Assembly: GCA_037189525.1 (NCBI GenBank)
Contig: JBBCJC010000002.1
Coordinates: 768,001-832,000 of the forward strand
Direction of reading: 5' to 3'
Source: Gemmatimonadales bacterium
GTDB lineage: Bacteria > Gemmatimonadota > Gemmatimonadetes > Gemmatimonadales > GWC2-71-9
Length of the DNA stretch: 64,000 nt
A program made the position numbers and the translations under genes. This document shows positions 28,268-39,281 of this stretch, in pieces. The notes under the pieces are model-generated. The model was not told the DNA's origin. It saw only the letters and a list, made by a program, of their open reading frames with translations, and did not search any database. Position 1 is the first letter of the stretch, and the number at the start of each line of letters is the position of its first letter.

Positions 28268-28269
28268 TC

Positions 28270-29100
28270 ATGAAGAGCCATCTGATGCTCGTCACCTGTC
28301 TGCTGGCAGTTCCCTCGATCGGTCTGGTCGACGGGATCGAACCGATTGCCGCGCAGGCGGGGTCCGGCACCATCAAAGGCGTCGTCATGTCGACCACGCC
28401 GCGTCGGCCGCTCGAAGGGGTCCGGCTCCGCCTGGTCGGCACCGAGCTCAATGCGGTCTCGGATTCTCGGGGCCGGTTCCAGTTCCGAGACCTCGATCCC
28501 GGCCAATATGTGATCGAAGCGGCGGCCATCGGCTACACGACGATGAACTCTCCGCTCCTCCTGCGCGAGCGCGAAACGCTCGAGCTCGAGTTCCTGGCCA
28601 GCATCGAGGCGTTGCGCTTACCGGATTTGGCCGTGGAAGAGCGGGCGGCGGAGCATGGCCCGCGTGATTGGCTCCGGCGCAAGTCGGAAGGGCGCGGCCG
28701 GTACATCACCCGGAAGCATCTGGAAGAGCGCCAGGTGCGATACCTGCCTGATGCGCTGCGGATGGTCGCGGGGGTGCGGGTCGAGTGCCGAGGGTCGATC
28801 TGTCGGGCGCAGATGCTGCGGGCGCATCGCGGGTGCGGGCCCGGCTACTTCATCGATGGGATTCCGGCGCACTCGTCGGCGCTCTGGCTCACGCCGGTGA
28901 ATGAAATCGAAGGGATCGAGGTGTACTCAGGCCCGTCGGAAACGCCCCCGGAACTGGAGAGTGGCTCCACCCAGTGCGGAGCAATCGCGCTGTGGACTCG
29001 TCCCCCGCCACCGCGGCGGCCTAAGGAGCCCAAGGCCGAGCCCGAGCCGCCGGCGTCCGATTCGACGTCGACCAGCCTCAACTACGCCCTTCGGCGCTGA
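28270..29100 (+). CDS. Carboxypeptidase-regulatory-like domain plus TonB plug-like domain protein (tandem paralog)
   Basis: Start at ATG 28270; SDSRGRFQFRDLDPGQY; IEVYSGPSETPPEL...CGAIALWT. Confidence 0.8.
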   Translation: MKSHLMLVTCLLAVPSIGLVDGIEPIAAQAGSGTIKGVVMSTTPRRPLEGVRLRLVGTELNAVSDSRGRFQFRDLDPGQYVIEAAAIGYTTMNSPLLLRERETLELEFLASIEALRLPDLAVEERAAEHGPRDWLRRKSEGRGRYITRKHLEERQVRYLPDALRMVAGVRVECRGSICRAQMLRAHRGCGPGYFIDGIPAHSSALWLTPVNEIEGIEVYSGPSETPPELESGSTQCGAIALWTRPPPPRRPKEPKAEPEPPASDSTSTSLNYALRR

Positions 29101-29102
29101 AC

Positions 29103-30206
29103 TCAGCCGGCGGCGAGCGCCGCCATCTTGGCGGCCAGGCCATCGACCGCTGCCTGGTAGGAGGCGGCGAACTTGGCCAGGCCGTCTTCTTCCAGGAACG
29201 CCGTTACCTCCGCAAGACTGATATTCCGCCCGGCGAGCCGTCCCAGACGGTCTGCCGCCGTCGCGATCGCGGCATCGATCCGCACGGCAGGGTCGCCGTG
29301 ATCCCGGTACGCATTGAAGGTGTCCGGAGGAAGCGTGTTGACCGTGTCGTCGGCAATCAGCGCTTCGACATAATACACGTCCGGCAGGCGCGGGTCCTTG
29401 GTGCTGGTCGAGGCCCAGAGCGGGCGCTGCCGGGTGGCGCTATGCGCGGCGAGCCGCTGCCACCGTGGGGTCACCAGCGAGGTTCGGAAGGCCTGGTACG
29501 CCAACGCCGCATTGGCGATGGCGATGGTGCTACGGAGATCCTGGGCATCGCCCTGCTGGTCGAGCAGGCCATCGATCCGGCTGTCGACCCGGCTCACGAA
29601 GAAGCTGGCGACCGAGGCGATCTTGTTGATCGCGAGGCCGGCCTCGATCCGGGTTTCCAGTCCCGTCAGGTACGCATCGATGACGGCCTGATACCGTTCG
29701 ACCGAGAACAGCAGGGTGATGTTGACGTTGATCCCGGCCGCAATGCACTCGGTGATGGCCGGCAGGCACGCCACCGTGCCGGGGATCTTGATCATCGCAT
29801 TCGGCCGGTCGAGCGCGGTCCAGAGCCGCTTGGCTTCCGCGACCGTTCCCGCCGCGTCCTGTGCCAGCGTGGGCGACACTTCCAGCGAGACCAGCCCGTC
29901 GCGCCCTTCGGTGCTCAGATAGACCGGCAGGAAGGCGTCGCAGGCGGCCCGCACGTCCGCCACGGCCAGCGATTCGAACACCGCCGCGGGCGTGAGTCCT
30001 TCCGCCATGAACCGCCGTACGTCGGCGTCGTAGTCTTTGCTGCCCGAGATGGCTTTTTCGAAGATGGTCGGGTTCGACGTCATGCCCAGCAAGCCATCGT
30101 CGGCAATCAGCGCAGCCAGCGTACCACTCGCGATCAGGTCGCGGGTGATGAAATCGTACCACGGGCTCTGGCCGAGCTGACCCAGCCGAACGAGGGGGTT
30201 GGTCAT
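29103..30206 (-). CDS. tal: Transaldolase
   Basis: [46 protein letters not shown]. Confidence 0.96.
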   Translation of the reverse strand: MTNPLVRLGQLGQSPWYDFITRDLIASGTLAALIADDGLLGMTSNPTIFEKAISGSKDYDADVRRFMAEGLTPAAVFESLAVADVRAACDAFLPVYLSTEGRDGLVSLEVSPTLAQDAAGTVAEAKRLWTALDRPNAMIKIPGTVACLPAITECIAAGINVNITLLFSVERYQAVIDAYLTGLETRIEAGLAINKIASVASFFVSRVDSRIDGLLDQQGDAQDLRSTIAIANAALAYQAFRTSLVTPRWQRLAAHSATRQRPLWASTSTKDPRLPDVYYVEALIADDTVNTLPPDTFNAYRDHGDPAVRIDAAIATAADRLGRLAGRNISLAEVTAFLEEDGLAKFAASYQAAVDGLAAKMAALAAG

Positions 30207-32239
30207 GAGGCGCTCCGCTGGTGAACCCGACGGACCGCGGCGATGACCCGGTCCTTGGTGAATCCGAATTCTTCGAACAGGCGCTCACCGGGGGCGGACG
30301 CGCCGAAATGATCGATCCCGATCGACTCGCCCTGCTCGCCGACCCAGGTGAGCCAGCCGAAGGTCGTGGCCGCTTCGATCGAGACCCGGGCCCGGACTCC
30401 GGGGGGCAGGATCTGATTGCGATATTCGGCGGTCTGGGCCTTGAAGAGCTCCCAGCTGGGCAGCGACACCAGGCGGGTCGGAAGGCCGCTGTCGGTCAGG
30501 TCGCGCGCGGCCTCGAGGGCTACGCCGACTTCCGAGCCGGTCGCGAGGAGGATCGCTTCCGGGGGCGTCGCCGGCTCGAAGAGGACGTAGCCTCCCGCCT
30601 GGACTCCCGCCGCGCTGGCGGCCGAATGATCGACGGCGTTGACCTTCTGGCGGGACAGGATCAACGCGGTGGGGCCATCGGTCCGCGAAATCGCCGCGCG
30701 CCAGGCCTCGGCGGTCTCGGCAGCGGTTCCCGGACGCAGGACCACCAGGTTCGGGATGCTCCGCAGCATGGCCAGGTGCTCGATCGGCTGATGGGTCGGG
30801 CCGTCCTCGCCCACCCCGATCGAGTCGTGGGTCAGGATGTAGATCGCCGGCAGGTGCATCAGCGCGGCCAAGCGGATGGCCGGCTTCATGTAGTCCGCAA
30901 ACACCAGGAAGGTGCTGCCGAAGGGTCGAATGCCGCCGTGTGCGGCCATCCCGTTCATGGCGGCGCCCATGGCGTGCTCGCGGATACCCCAGGCCACCAT
31001 CTGCCCCGGGCGGCCCGCCTCGAACAGGCTCGCGCCTTTGATGTCAGTGCCGGTGCTGCCGGCCAGGTCGGCGGACCCGCCCACCAGGTTCGGCATGACT
31101 TGGGCAATGGCGTTGAGCGTGGCGGCCGAGGCCTGGCGGGTGGCCAGGGCATCGGAGGCGCCGTACTTGGGGAGCACCTGAGCCCAATCGATGTCCACGG
31201 TGCCAGCCAGCCAGCGGGTCAACTCGGCGGCCAGGGCAGGGTGGGCGGCCTCGTACCGGGCCCAGGCCGCCTTCCATTCGGCCACCCGGGCTTCGCCGCG
31301 GGTCTGGCATTCCGCCCAGTGCGACCGGGCTTCGGCCGGCACATGGAACGGTTCGTCGGGCCAGCCCAGGATGGCCTTGGTCTTGGCGATCTCGTCCTTG
31401 CCGAGCGGGGCGCCGTGGGAGGCGGCGGTATTGCGCTTGGTCGGGGCGGGGTCGGCAATTACGGTGCGAAGGACGACGAGGCAGGGCTTGTCGGACTGAG
31501 CGGCGGCGTCGGCCAGGGCCGCGTCGATGGCGCCCAGATCGTTGCCATCGCTGACGGTCAGGACCCGCCAGCCGTAGGCTTCGAAGCGGCGCTGGACGTC
31601 TTCGGAAAACGAGCGGCCGGTGGTGCCGTCGATGGTGATCCGGTTGTCGTCGTAGATGACCGTCAGCTTGCCCAGAGCCAGGTGACCGGCCAAAGACGCC
31701 GCTTCCGCCGCGACACCCTCCATCAGGTCGCCATCGCTGGCGAGGACCCAGGTCCGGTGGTCGACGATGTCGTGACCGGGCTGGTTGAACCGGCTGGCGA
31801 GGTACCGCTCCGCCATGGCCATCCCGACCGCGTTGCCGATGCCCTGGCCCAGGGGACCGGTGGTCGTCTCGACTCCGGGGGTATGGCCGCGCTCCGGGTG
31901 CCCCGGGGTGCGGGAGCCCCACTGCCGGAAGTTCCGGATCTCGTCGAGCGAGAGATCGTACCCGGACAGGTGGAGCAGCGAGTAGAGCAGCATCGACGCG
32001 TGGCCGCAGGACAGGACGAAGCGGTCGCGATCGGCCCAGTCCGGCGTGTCTGGCGCATGGCGGAGGTGGCGGTGCCACAGCACGTAGGCCACCGGGGCGA
32101 GCGCCATCGGCGTGCCGGGATGGCCGGACTTGGCCTGCTCGACGGCTTCCATCGAGAGGACCCTGATCGTGTTGATGGCGGACCACGCGGTGGCGCTGGT
32201 CAGGTCGAGCGGCATGGCAGACGGGGCGGAGGCCGACAA
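30203..32239 (-). CDS. tkt: Transketolase
   Basis: [48 protein letters not shown]. Start is TTG 32239 after AGGAGGAG, or ATG 32215. Confidence 0.97.
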   Translation of the reverse strand: MSASAPSAMPLDLTSATAWSAINTIRVLSMEAVEQAKSGHPGTPMALAPVAYVLWHRHLRHAPDTPDWADRDRFVLSCGHASMLLYSLLHLSGYDLSLDEIRNFRQWGSRTPGHPERGHTPGVETTTGPLGQGIGNAVGMAMAERYLASRFNQPGHDIVDHRTWVLASDGDLMEGVAAEAASLAGHLALGKLTVIYDDNRITIDGTTGRSFSEDVQRRFEAYGWRVLTVSDGNDLGAIDAALADAAAQSDKPCLVVLRTVIADPAPTKRNTAASHGAPLGKDEIAKTKAILGWPDEPFHVPAEARSHWAECQTRGEARVAEWKAAWARYEAAHPALAAELTRWLAGTVDIDWAQVLPKYGASDALATRQASAATLNAIAQVMPNLVGGSADLAGSTGTDIKGASLFEAGRPGQMVAWGIREHAMGAAMNGMAAHGGIRPFGSTFLVFADYMKPAIRLAALMHLPAIYILTHDSIGVGEDGPTHQPIEHLAMLRSIPNLVVLRPGTAAETAEAWRAAISRTDGPTALILSRQKVNAVDHSAASAAGVQAGGYVLFEPATPPEAILLATGSEVGVALEAARDLTDSGLPTRLVSLPSWELFKAQTAEYRNQILPPGVRARVSIEAATTFGWLTWVGEQGESIGIDHFGASAPGERLFEEFGFTKDRVIAAVRRVHQRSAS

Positions 32240-32400
32240 GCGCGCTCCTCCTCTATCGAAGCGGAAGGTCGATGGTGACGGAAAGCGGGGAATATAATCG
32301 TCTGCGGGGCGGCCTCCGGCGGGAGCCGAGACGGCCCTCATTGGGGCGTTCGGGGGCCGGATGTCCCGTAATCCGACAAACTTTGTTATCTTTCTAATCT

Positions 32401-32799
32401 GTGTCGAATACCAATCGTCGCCGCCGGGGCGGTCCTGCCCCCAGTGCGGCCCGCAGCTCGGAAACTCTTCGTCGTACGGGCAGTAAATCCTATCAGGCCC
32501 ACCGGGACGTCTTGATGGCTCGGTTCGGGCCGGTGTGTGCCTATTGCGGCGAAACCTTTGCGCCGGAAGAGATCACGCTGGACCATGTTCAACCGCGTAA
32601 GGGCAAGGTCGCTTACGACCGGTCGGACAACCTGGTGCTGGCGTGTAAGACCTGCAACGCCGCCAAGGCCGATATGCCCTTCCTGGGCTTCCTGCTCGCG
32701 CGGCGCTCCCGCGGGGTGTTCCTGCTCCACTATGGAGAGCATCTGTCCGAGGGCATCCGGCAGACCGTTCGGGACCTGGTCGAGAAACCGATCCTCTAA
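32401..32799 (+). CDS. HNH endonuclease-domain protein
   Basis: CAYCG...TLDHVQP...[13 protein letters not shown]. Confidence 0.88.
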   Translation: MSNTNRRRRGGPAPSAARSSETLRRTGSKSYQAHRDVLMARFGPVCAYCGETFAPEEITLDHVQPRKGKVAYDRSDNLVLACKTCNAAKADMPFLGFLLARRSRGVFLLHYGEHLSEGIRQTVRDLVEKPIL

Positions 32800-33524
32800 A
32801 AATGCGGCGGCGGGGTCGGGTCCCCGCTCTTATGGATGCGGACCGACCAGGCGGGATCGGTCCGCGCGACCGCGGCTGCGTAGCCATCGGGCGCCTCGAT
32901 CCAGGCGCCGTGGACCGGCGAGGTCCCTTGGTTGGTGACGATGGTGAAACGGTCGCCGGGCCGAGCCTCGTCGAACGCCACCGAAAAGGCTTCGAGCGGG
33001 ATCGACAGCCCGCCGCCTAACGCCTTGATGTAGGCTTCCTTGGCAACCCAGTGCTGATAGAAGAGCGTCCGATGCCGCGCCGGGTCGGCCGCCGCCAGGC
33101 GGGCTCGTTCGCGCGGTGAGAAGACCGTCTCGGCCAGTTCGAGCAGGTCGAAATGATCGTGGCCGTGTTCGATGTCGATGCCGACGTCATGGTCGAGGGT
33201 CAGCGCGATCAGCGCCTCTGACCCCGAGTGCGACAGGTTGAATCGGATCTGGCTGCCCAGGTGGGGTGCGAGTTCCGGTTTCCCGTGCGGGCCCGTGACG
33301 ATCTCGACGTCGGCGGGGGCGAGGTCCAGGTAACTGCCGAGCACCTGGCGAAGGGTGCCGCGGGCGGTGACGTAGACCGACCGGTCCTTGTCGAAGACGA
33401 AGCGGGCGGCGCGTGTTCGTTCCGCGGCGGTGAGCGTCGAGTGCAGCGCGGCGGGAACGGTGGCCGGTACCGAGACCGGCCAGACCTCGATCCGGTCAGT
33501 GTGAAGCGGCGGAGGCGGCGTCAC
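32796..33524 (-). CDS. Sfp-type 4'-phosphopantetheinyl transferase
   Basis: Start trimmed to GTG at 33524; GKP, FNLSHS, VGIDIE, WVAKEAYIKALG. Confidence 0.93.
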   Translation of the reverse strand: MTPPPPLHTDRIEVWPVSVPATVPAALHSTLTAAERTRAARFVFDKDRSVYVTARGTLRQVLGSYLDLAPADVEIVTGPHGKPELAPHLGSQIRFNLSHSGSEALIALTLDHDVGIDIEHGHDHFDLLELAETVFSPRERARLAAADPARHRTLFYQHWVAKEAYIKALGGGLSIPLEAFSVAFDEARPGDRFTIVTNQGTSPVHGAWIEAPDGYAAAVARTDPAWSVRIHKSGDPTPPPHF

Positions 33525-35142
33525 GTTGCTCGCTTGGTCGCCAGCTGTCGACGATCTGGCCGTAGTCCAGTTTGATGACGCGGTCGCCCAGGTCGAAATA
33601 TCGATCGTCGTGGGTGATGACGACGACCGTCTTGCCGCGGGCCTTGAGCTCGGGCAGCAGCTCCGCATAGAAAATCTGCCGATAGCCCGGGTCCTGATCG
33701 GCGGCCCATTCGTCGAAGACGTAGACGGGACGGTCTTCCAGGTATGCCGCCATCAGGGCGAGCCGGCGTTTCTGTCCCTGTGACAGCGCCGTCGTCGACA
33801 GGACGCCGTCCTTCACGCTCACCTTGTGGTCGAGGCCCAGGCGCACCAGGTATTCACGGGCGCGGGTGTCGATATCGCCGTCGCCCAGACCGGTGACGTC
33901 GGGGAACAGGAAAAAGTCGGAGAAGACGGTTGCGAACTGCTGGCGATAGTTCTCGCGGTTCGCCGCGGTGACGGTCTCGCCGTTCAGCGCGATCGATCCC
34001 TCATCGGGTGGGTACAAGCCCGTCAGCAGTTTGACGAAGGTCGATTTGCCGCTTCCGTTGCCGCCGATGATGAAGACGAGTTCGCCGGGATGCAGCGTCA
34101 GGTCGACGGGGCCTAGTCCGAAGCCGCCGTTTGGATCGGAGCGATCGTAGCGGAAGGCCACGTTGCGGAACTCGATGGTGGCGCCGGGGCGATCCGTTCC
34201 GGCGAGTGGCGCATCTTCGGTGACGCGCTCCAGCGAGAGGCCGAGTTCGTCGATCCGGGCCAGCGCCGTCTGGCCGCGGTGGAAGATCGGAAGCGCGCCT
34301 AGCAGGGACCAGACGGGCCCCATGGCGTAGAGCGCCACGAAGGCAAACCCGGTCAATGATCGAGTCGAGGTCTCGAAGATGGCGGGCAGGGCAAAGAGCA
34401 TGACCCCCATGATCAGGAAGAACATGCTCTGGGTCCAGCCGTCGGCGGCGAGGTAGTGACGGGCCGCGTCGAGGCTCAAGCCGCGCAATCGCTCGGTCGT
34501 CTCCGGGATACTACCAGCCAGCAGATGATCGCGCCGCGCGCGATTCATCTTGATCTCTTTGATACCTTCCGTGATGGTGCGGTAGTGCCGGAACAGGACA
34601 TCGCGTTCGCGCCGCGCCGCGGTGATGGCTCCCGAAGCTCGGCGCATCAGCACTTTGTAGCCGAGCGCGGCCAGGATTCCGAAGATCACGAGCGCCAGCG
34701 CCGACGCCCATGAGAGAGCGGCGAGGTAGATGGTGCATCCCAAGAGCACCGCCGCATTGGTGATCACGGTCGGGATGGCCTGGACCGATGCGGAAAGGGT
34801 CCCGACGTCGTCCGTCAACGTGGTCATGATGCGGGCGGCGCCGATCTCTTCGAGCGTCCGGAACGGCGTTTCGACGACACGCGCACTGAGTTGATTGCAG
34901 AGGCGCAGGATTGCCTGCTGCGCATAGGTCGCGAGGTTCCACTGAGCAATCAGGTTGGTCGCGATGCGCGCCAGCGCGACGGCGATGAAGCCGACGACGA
35001 TCAGCGGGAGATTGGTGGTGTGGAGGGCGGCATTGACCAGCGCCACGAACCCGGCGCTGGCCAGGCCGCCGACGATACCGGCCAGGATGACGGTGATGAT
35101 GCCGCGTCGTCCGGTCCGGAACAGGAAGGCCAGCAGGTTCAT
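33496..35142 (-). CDS. Cyclic-peptide export ABC transporter (PvdE/SyrD/YojI family)
   Basis: TM domain; GIKEIK; GGNGSGKST; LSQGQKRR; FDEWAADQDP; ITHDDRY. Confidence 0.93.
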   Translation of the reverse strand: MNLLAFLFRTGRRGIITVILAGIVGGLASAGFVALVNAALHTTNLPLIVVGFIAVALARIATNLIAQWNLATYAQQAILRLCNQLSARVVETPFRTLEEIGAARIMTTLTDDVGTLSASVQAIPTVITNAAVLLGCTIYLAALSWASALALVIFGILAALGYKVLMRRASGAITAARRERDVLFRHYRTITEGIKEIKMNRARRDHLLAGSIPETTERLRGLSLDAARHYLAADGWTQSMFFLIMGVMLFALPAIFETSTRSLTGFAFVALYAMGPVWSLLGALPIFHRGQTALARIDELGLSLERVTEDAPLAGTDRPGATIEFRNVAFRYDRSDPNGGFGLGPVDLTLHPGELVFIIGGNGSGKSTFVKLLTGLYPPDEGSIALNGETVTAANRENYRQQFATVFSDFFLFPDVTGLGDGDIDTRAREYLVRLGLDHKVSVKDGVLSTTALSQGQKRRLALMAAYLEDRPVYVFDEWAADQDPGYRQIFYAELLPELKARGKTVVVITHDDRYFDLGDRVIKLDYGQIVDSWRPSEQRDAASAASH

Positions 35143-38100
35143 GCGGCTTCTCCGTCGGGTCGCCCTGGCTCGGAGCGATCCAGCACTTCGCTCAGGCGTT
35201 TCCCGAGGTTGACGACGTGCGGTCGTGTCAGCATCAGTCCGGAATCACCGCCCCCGATCGGGATGACTTCCTGGCCATCGGTTGCGCGCGCGGCCCAGGC
35301 GAGCCGCCGGTCACCCAGCCCTTCATCCGGTGCGCGGTCCGAGAAGAAGTGGACGATCCGCCCGCGATAGGTGCCGGGTGAATGGCTCTTCATCGCAAAA
35401 TAATTGGCTTGCTGCACGTCGGTCCGGGTTGCTTCCTGCGCACGGGCCTCGCGGATCGGTTCCGCCTTGGCCTCGGGTACCGGACGGAATACGGCGCGGA
35501 GCCGGGCCCAGCGCCGTTCCGCCGGTTGCTGCCACCAGACGAGCACCCGGTTGATCAGGCTGGCCGGCTTCCGCAGCATCCGATGGCGCGTCAGCTGGCG
35601 GCCGAGTCGGTCTCGCCAGGTGAGGGGACGAGGGGCGGGAACGTCGAGCAGGGCCAGAAGTTCGACCTGTTCCCCCGCCTGCTGGAGCTGAGTGGCCATC
35701 GTGTGAGCGATCATCCCGCCCATGCAGCCGCCCGCCAGGCGATACGGGCCATGCGGCTGTATCTCACGCAGCGCGGCGAGGTATTGCCGGGCCATCTCGT
35801 CGATGGTGCGCAGGAGCGGGGTCCGCCCGTCCAGGCCGATGGCCTGCAGGCCGTAGAACGGCTGCTCGGGGCCGAGTTCTCTCGCGAGGTCGACGTAGTT
35901 GAGGACGTTCCCGCCGATACCGTGGACGCAGAACAACGGCCGCCGGCTGCCACGGGATTCGATGGCGACCAGCGCGCCGGCCGGCCGGGCCGGGCCGGCA
36001 TTGCCCAGGACCTCTGCAAGCTGGGCAACCGTCGGAGCGGCCAACAGGGTCGCCAGCGAGAGCCGCTGACCGAACTCGCGCTCGATCGATGCAAACAGGC
36101 GCACCGCAACCAGGGAATGGCCGCCGAGGGAGAAGAAGTCGTCGTGGATGCCGACGGCCGGGACCTCGAGCGCCTCTTCCCAGAGGCGGCAGAGTCGCAG
36201 CTCGTTGGCGTTACGCGGCGGTGTCCGTTCGATGCTCGCGGGCGCCGACTGCAGTCGGGGAAGGGCGCGGAAGTCGACCTTGCCGTTCGGAGTCCGGGGC
36301 AACGCGGGCAGGATGCCGATGGCGCTGGGGACGGCGTAGGCCGGCAGTAGCGCAGCAAGCGCACGGCGGATCTCATCGAGGTCCGGTGGCGTGTCCCATG
36401 CGCCCGCCAGGTAGGCAACCAGGCGGATCTGGTCCGGCTCGGCGCCGTCGGTCGACGCAACGGTCTCGCGGACTCCCGGTATCCGAGCGAGGGCAGCTTC
36501 GACGTCGCCCAGCTCGACCCGGAATCCCCGGATCTTGATCTGCCGATCGGCGCGGCCGATGAAATCGATCGCGCCGTCGATGCGGTAGCGCCCCAGGTCG
36601 CCGGTGCGGTAGACCCGATCGTCGCTGAGCCCAGTGTATCCGTTTGGCGGGAACCGTTGCGCCGTGAGGTCGGGCTCCCGATGGTAGCCGGCGCTCAGGT
36701 AGGGCGTCCGGATCACGATTTCACCCGGTTCGCCGATCCCGGCGAGCTTGCCGTTCCGATCGAGGACCAGCAGTTGCACGTCGGCGATGCCGCGTCCGAT
36801 CGGAATGCTGCCCGTCTCCGGCGCAGCGGAACGATCGAGGTCGGCGTAACCCATCAATTGCGGCGTTTCGGTCGCGCCGTAGCCGTTCACGATCCGGGCC
36901 TCGGGTGCCAGCCGAGCGAACCGGTTGAGGCGGGCTCGGGTCAGCCGATCGCCGCCGAAGCAGACGAGGCGGAGCGAGGGAAGCGACAACGAGGCGTCGC
37001 CGGGATCCGCGATCAGTTCGACCATCGGCGGGGTCAGATGGGTGACGGTGACCCGCGCATCGCGCAGCCAGCGGCCGAGGTGGCCGGGGCCTTCGATCAG
37101 GTCACCGTCAGGTACGCACAGGGCGCCGCCGACCCAGATCGGCGCCAGCAGGTCACGCAGGAGCGGGTCGTGCGCCAGGCCGGACAGCATGCTGATCCGG
37201 TCCGACGGTCCGAGCTCGAAGGTTTCCTGGTACCACTCGCAGAAGTGGCCGAGTGGGCGGTGTGTGCCGACGATGCCTTTGGGCGTGCCGGTGGTTCCGG
37301 AGGTAAACGCCAGGTACGCAGTGTCGTCGGGTCCGACCTCGACGGCGAGTGGCGTTGCCGGGTGCTGCCGGGCGGCGGTGTGTGCCAGGTCGGCGCCGCT
37401 GCCGAGCGGAACGCGGGTCCAGCGTCGTTCGGCGATGATTGCTTCGAGGTCGGGGGCGAGCGGTGTCTTCTGATCGAGCCGGATCAGGATCGAGGGATCA
37501 GCCAGGTCGATGATCTGGGCCAGCCGTTCGGTCGGATAGGCCGGATCGAGGATCACGAACGCCGCACCGGTTTCCAGGGTGGCGAGGATCGCGAGCAGGA
37601 GGCTCGGATCGCGCGCAGCAAGCACTGCCACGACGGTGCCCGGACGAGCGCCCTCTTGCGCCAGCGCATTCGCGACGCGCCGGACCGCCTGATGCAACTC
37701 GCCATATCGCCACTGGTAAGCCCCGGCATCGAGCGCGATGTGGTCGGGGCTCTGCTCGGCGTGCCGAGCCAGCTGTGTGCCGACCGTGCCGGCCCAGGTG
37801 CTGGCCAGCGGAGCGACCGGGTCCGGAAGGACGGTTCGCGCCTGGGGCGTGACGAGGGAGATAGTCTCGATGGCGGCGTCCGGGTCCGAGGCGACGGCAT
37901 CGACCAGTTGGCTGTATTGTGCCAGCATCTCATCGATGCGGGCGGCGTCGAACAGGTCGGCGTTGTAGACCAGGGTCAACCGAAGCCCGGGACGATGGTC
38001 GACCGCGTACAGGGTCAGGTCGAACTTGGCCTCATCGGGAACGCCGCCACGGTGTTCGATGGCGACGCCGGGCAGCTGAAACGTATTGGTGGCAAACGCC

Positions 38101-39281
38101 AACAAGTTGAAGAACACCTGGAACAGCGGAGTCCGGCTCGGGTCGGGCGGCGGCTTCAACTCGGCGATGACGCGCTCGAGCGGGACGTCCTGGTGCAGGT
38201 GGGCTTCGCGGGTCGCGGTCCGCATCTGGCCCAGCAGGTCGCGGAAGCTGGGCCGGCCCTCGAATCGGGTGCGCAGCACGACCGTATTGACGAAGAACCC
38301 GATCAACCCCTCGGTTTCTGGGCGGCCGCGCCCGGCATATGGGGCGCCGATCAGAATATCGTCCTGGCCGGAGAGCCGATGCAGCAGGGCGCCGAACGCG
38401 CCAAGCAGCGCCGCGAACGGGGTCGTCTGTTCGGCTCGGCACAGCGTCAGCAGAGCCTGTTCGGTCGCTCCGCTCAGGTCGAAGGTGCGCTGTCCCGCCC
38501 GGAAGGTGCGCACGGGAGGACGGGGCCGGTCGGTCGGCAGGTCCAGCGCGGTCGGCGCGCCGGCCAGGCTGTCCCGCCAGTAGCGCACATGGGGCTCGGC
38601 ATCCGCACCTTCCGCCCAGGCGCGATGCCAGGCGGCGAAATCCCGGTACTGGATTGGCAAGTCGGGCAGGCTCGGCGCGCCGCCGGCGATCAGGGCCTTG
38701 TAATGGGCGGTCAGTTCGCGGAAGAAAACGTGAATCGACCAGCCATCCGAAATGATGTGATGGAATACCATCACGAAGATGTGGTCGTCCGGTCCGAGTC
38801 CAATCAGGGTAGGGCGGAACAGCGGTCCCTGGTGCAGGTCGAACGGCGCCGCCATCAATCGTTCCGCCGTGTTCCATCCCGCCTGCTCGCGCTCGCCTGG
38901 CGGGAGCGTCGTCAGGTCGATGGCCTCGATCGAGACGCTCTCGGGCGGGTGCGCGACCTGGGTGGCGCCCTCGGGTCCGGAGACGAACGTCGTCCGCAGG
39001 GTTTCATGACGGCGTACGATTTCGCGGATGGCCGCTTCGAAAGCCGGCCGATCGAGCGGTCCCCGGAGCCGGAATGCGAACGGGATGGTGTAGGCGGTAC
39101 CATCGGGTTGCAGCTGATCGGCCAGCCACAGGCGCTCTTGATAGAGGGAGAGCCGGGCGGGGCCGCTTCCGTCTACGCGGGGCAGGGTGGCCTTCGTCTG
39201 GTCCGAGCCGGCGGCGGCCCGCTCGAGCAACAGTTGCTTGAGCCGGCGGCGCTTTTCGGCAACCGGATCTGGCGTCGTCAT
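35139..39281 (-). CDS. Single-module termination NRPS (docking-C-A-T-TE)
   Basis: Start trimmed to ATG at 39281; C HHIISDGWS; A FTSGTTGTPKG, YRTGDL, NGKVD; T FFSLGGHSL; TE LAGGCMGG. Confidence 0.95.
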   Translation of the reverse strand: MTTPDPVAEKRRRLKQLLLERAAAGSDQTKATLPRVDGSGPARLSLYQERLWLADQLQPDGTAYTIPFAFRLRGPLDRPAFEAAIREIVRRHETLRTTFVSGPEGATQVAHPPESVSIEAIDLTTLPPGEREQAGWNTAERLMAAPFDLHQGPLFRPTLIGLGPDDHIFVMVFHHIISDGWSIHVFFRELTAHYKALIAGGAPSLPDLPIQYRDFAAWHRAWAEGADAEPHVRYWRDSLAGAPTALDLPTDRPRPPVRTFRAGQRTFDLSGATEQALLTLCRAEQTTPFAALLGAFGALLHRLSGQDDILIGAPYAGRGRPETEGLIGFFVNTVVLRTRFEGRPSFRDLLGQMRTATREAHLHQDVPLERVIAELKPPPDPSRTPLFQVFFNLLAFATNTFQLPGVAIEHRGGVPDEAKFDLTLYAVDHRPGLRLTLVYNADLFDAARIDEMLAQYSQLVDAVASDPDAAIETISLVTPQARTVLPDPVAPLASTWAGTVGTQLARHAEQSPDHIALDAGAYQWRYGELHQAVRRVANALAQEGARPGTVVAVLAARDPSLLLAILATLETGAAFVILDPAYPTERLAQIIDLADPSILIRLDQKTPLAPDLEAIIAERRWTRVPLGSGADLAHTAARQHPATPLAVEVGPDDTAYLAFTSGTTGTPKGIVGTHRPLGHFCEWYQETFELGPSDRISMLSGLAHDPLLRDLLAPIWVGGALCVPDGDLIEGPGHLGRWLRDARVTVTHLTPPMVELIADPGDASLSLPSLRLVCFGGDRLTRARLNRFARLAPEARIVNGYGATETPQLMGYADLDRSAAPETGSIPIGRGIADVQLLVLDRNGKLAGIGEPGEIVIRTPYLSAGYHREPDLTAQRFPPNGYTGLSDDRVYRTGDLGRYRIDGAIDFIGRADRQIKIRGFRVELGDVEAALARIPGVRETVASTDGAEPDQIRLVAYLAGAWDTPPDLDEIRRALAALLPAYAVPSAIGILPALPRTPNGKVDFRALPRLQSAPASIERTPPRNANELRLCRLWEEALEVPAVGIHDDFFSLGGHSLVAVRLFASIEREFGQRLSLATLLAAPTVAQLAEVLGNAGPARPAGALVAIESRGSRRPLFCVHGIGGNVLNYVDLARELGPEQPFYGLQAIGLDGRTPLLRTIDEMARQYLAALREIQPHGPYRLAGGCMGGMIAHTMATQLQQAGEQVELLALLDVPAPRPLTWRDRLGRQLTRHRMLRKPASLINRVLVWWQQPAERRWARLRAVFRPVPEAKAEPIREARAQEATRTDVQQANYFAMKSHSPGTYRGRIVHFFSDRAPDEGLGDRRLAWAARATDGQEVIPIGGGDSGLMLTRPHVVNLGKRLSEVLDRSEPGRPDGEAA

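Noticed and set aside
32401..32799. HNH gene as a mobile element or defence system flanking the cluster
   Set aside because: Short stand-alone HNH with no terminal repeats, methylase or partner genes.
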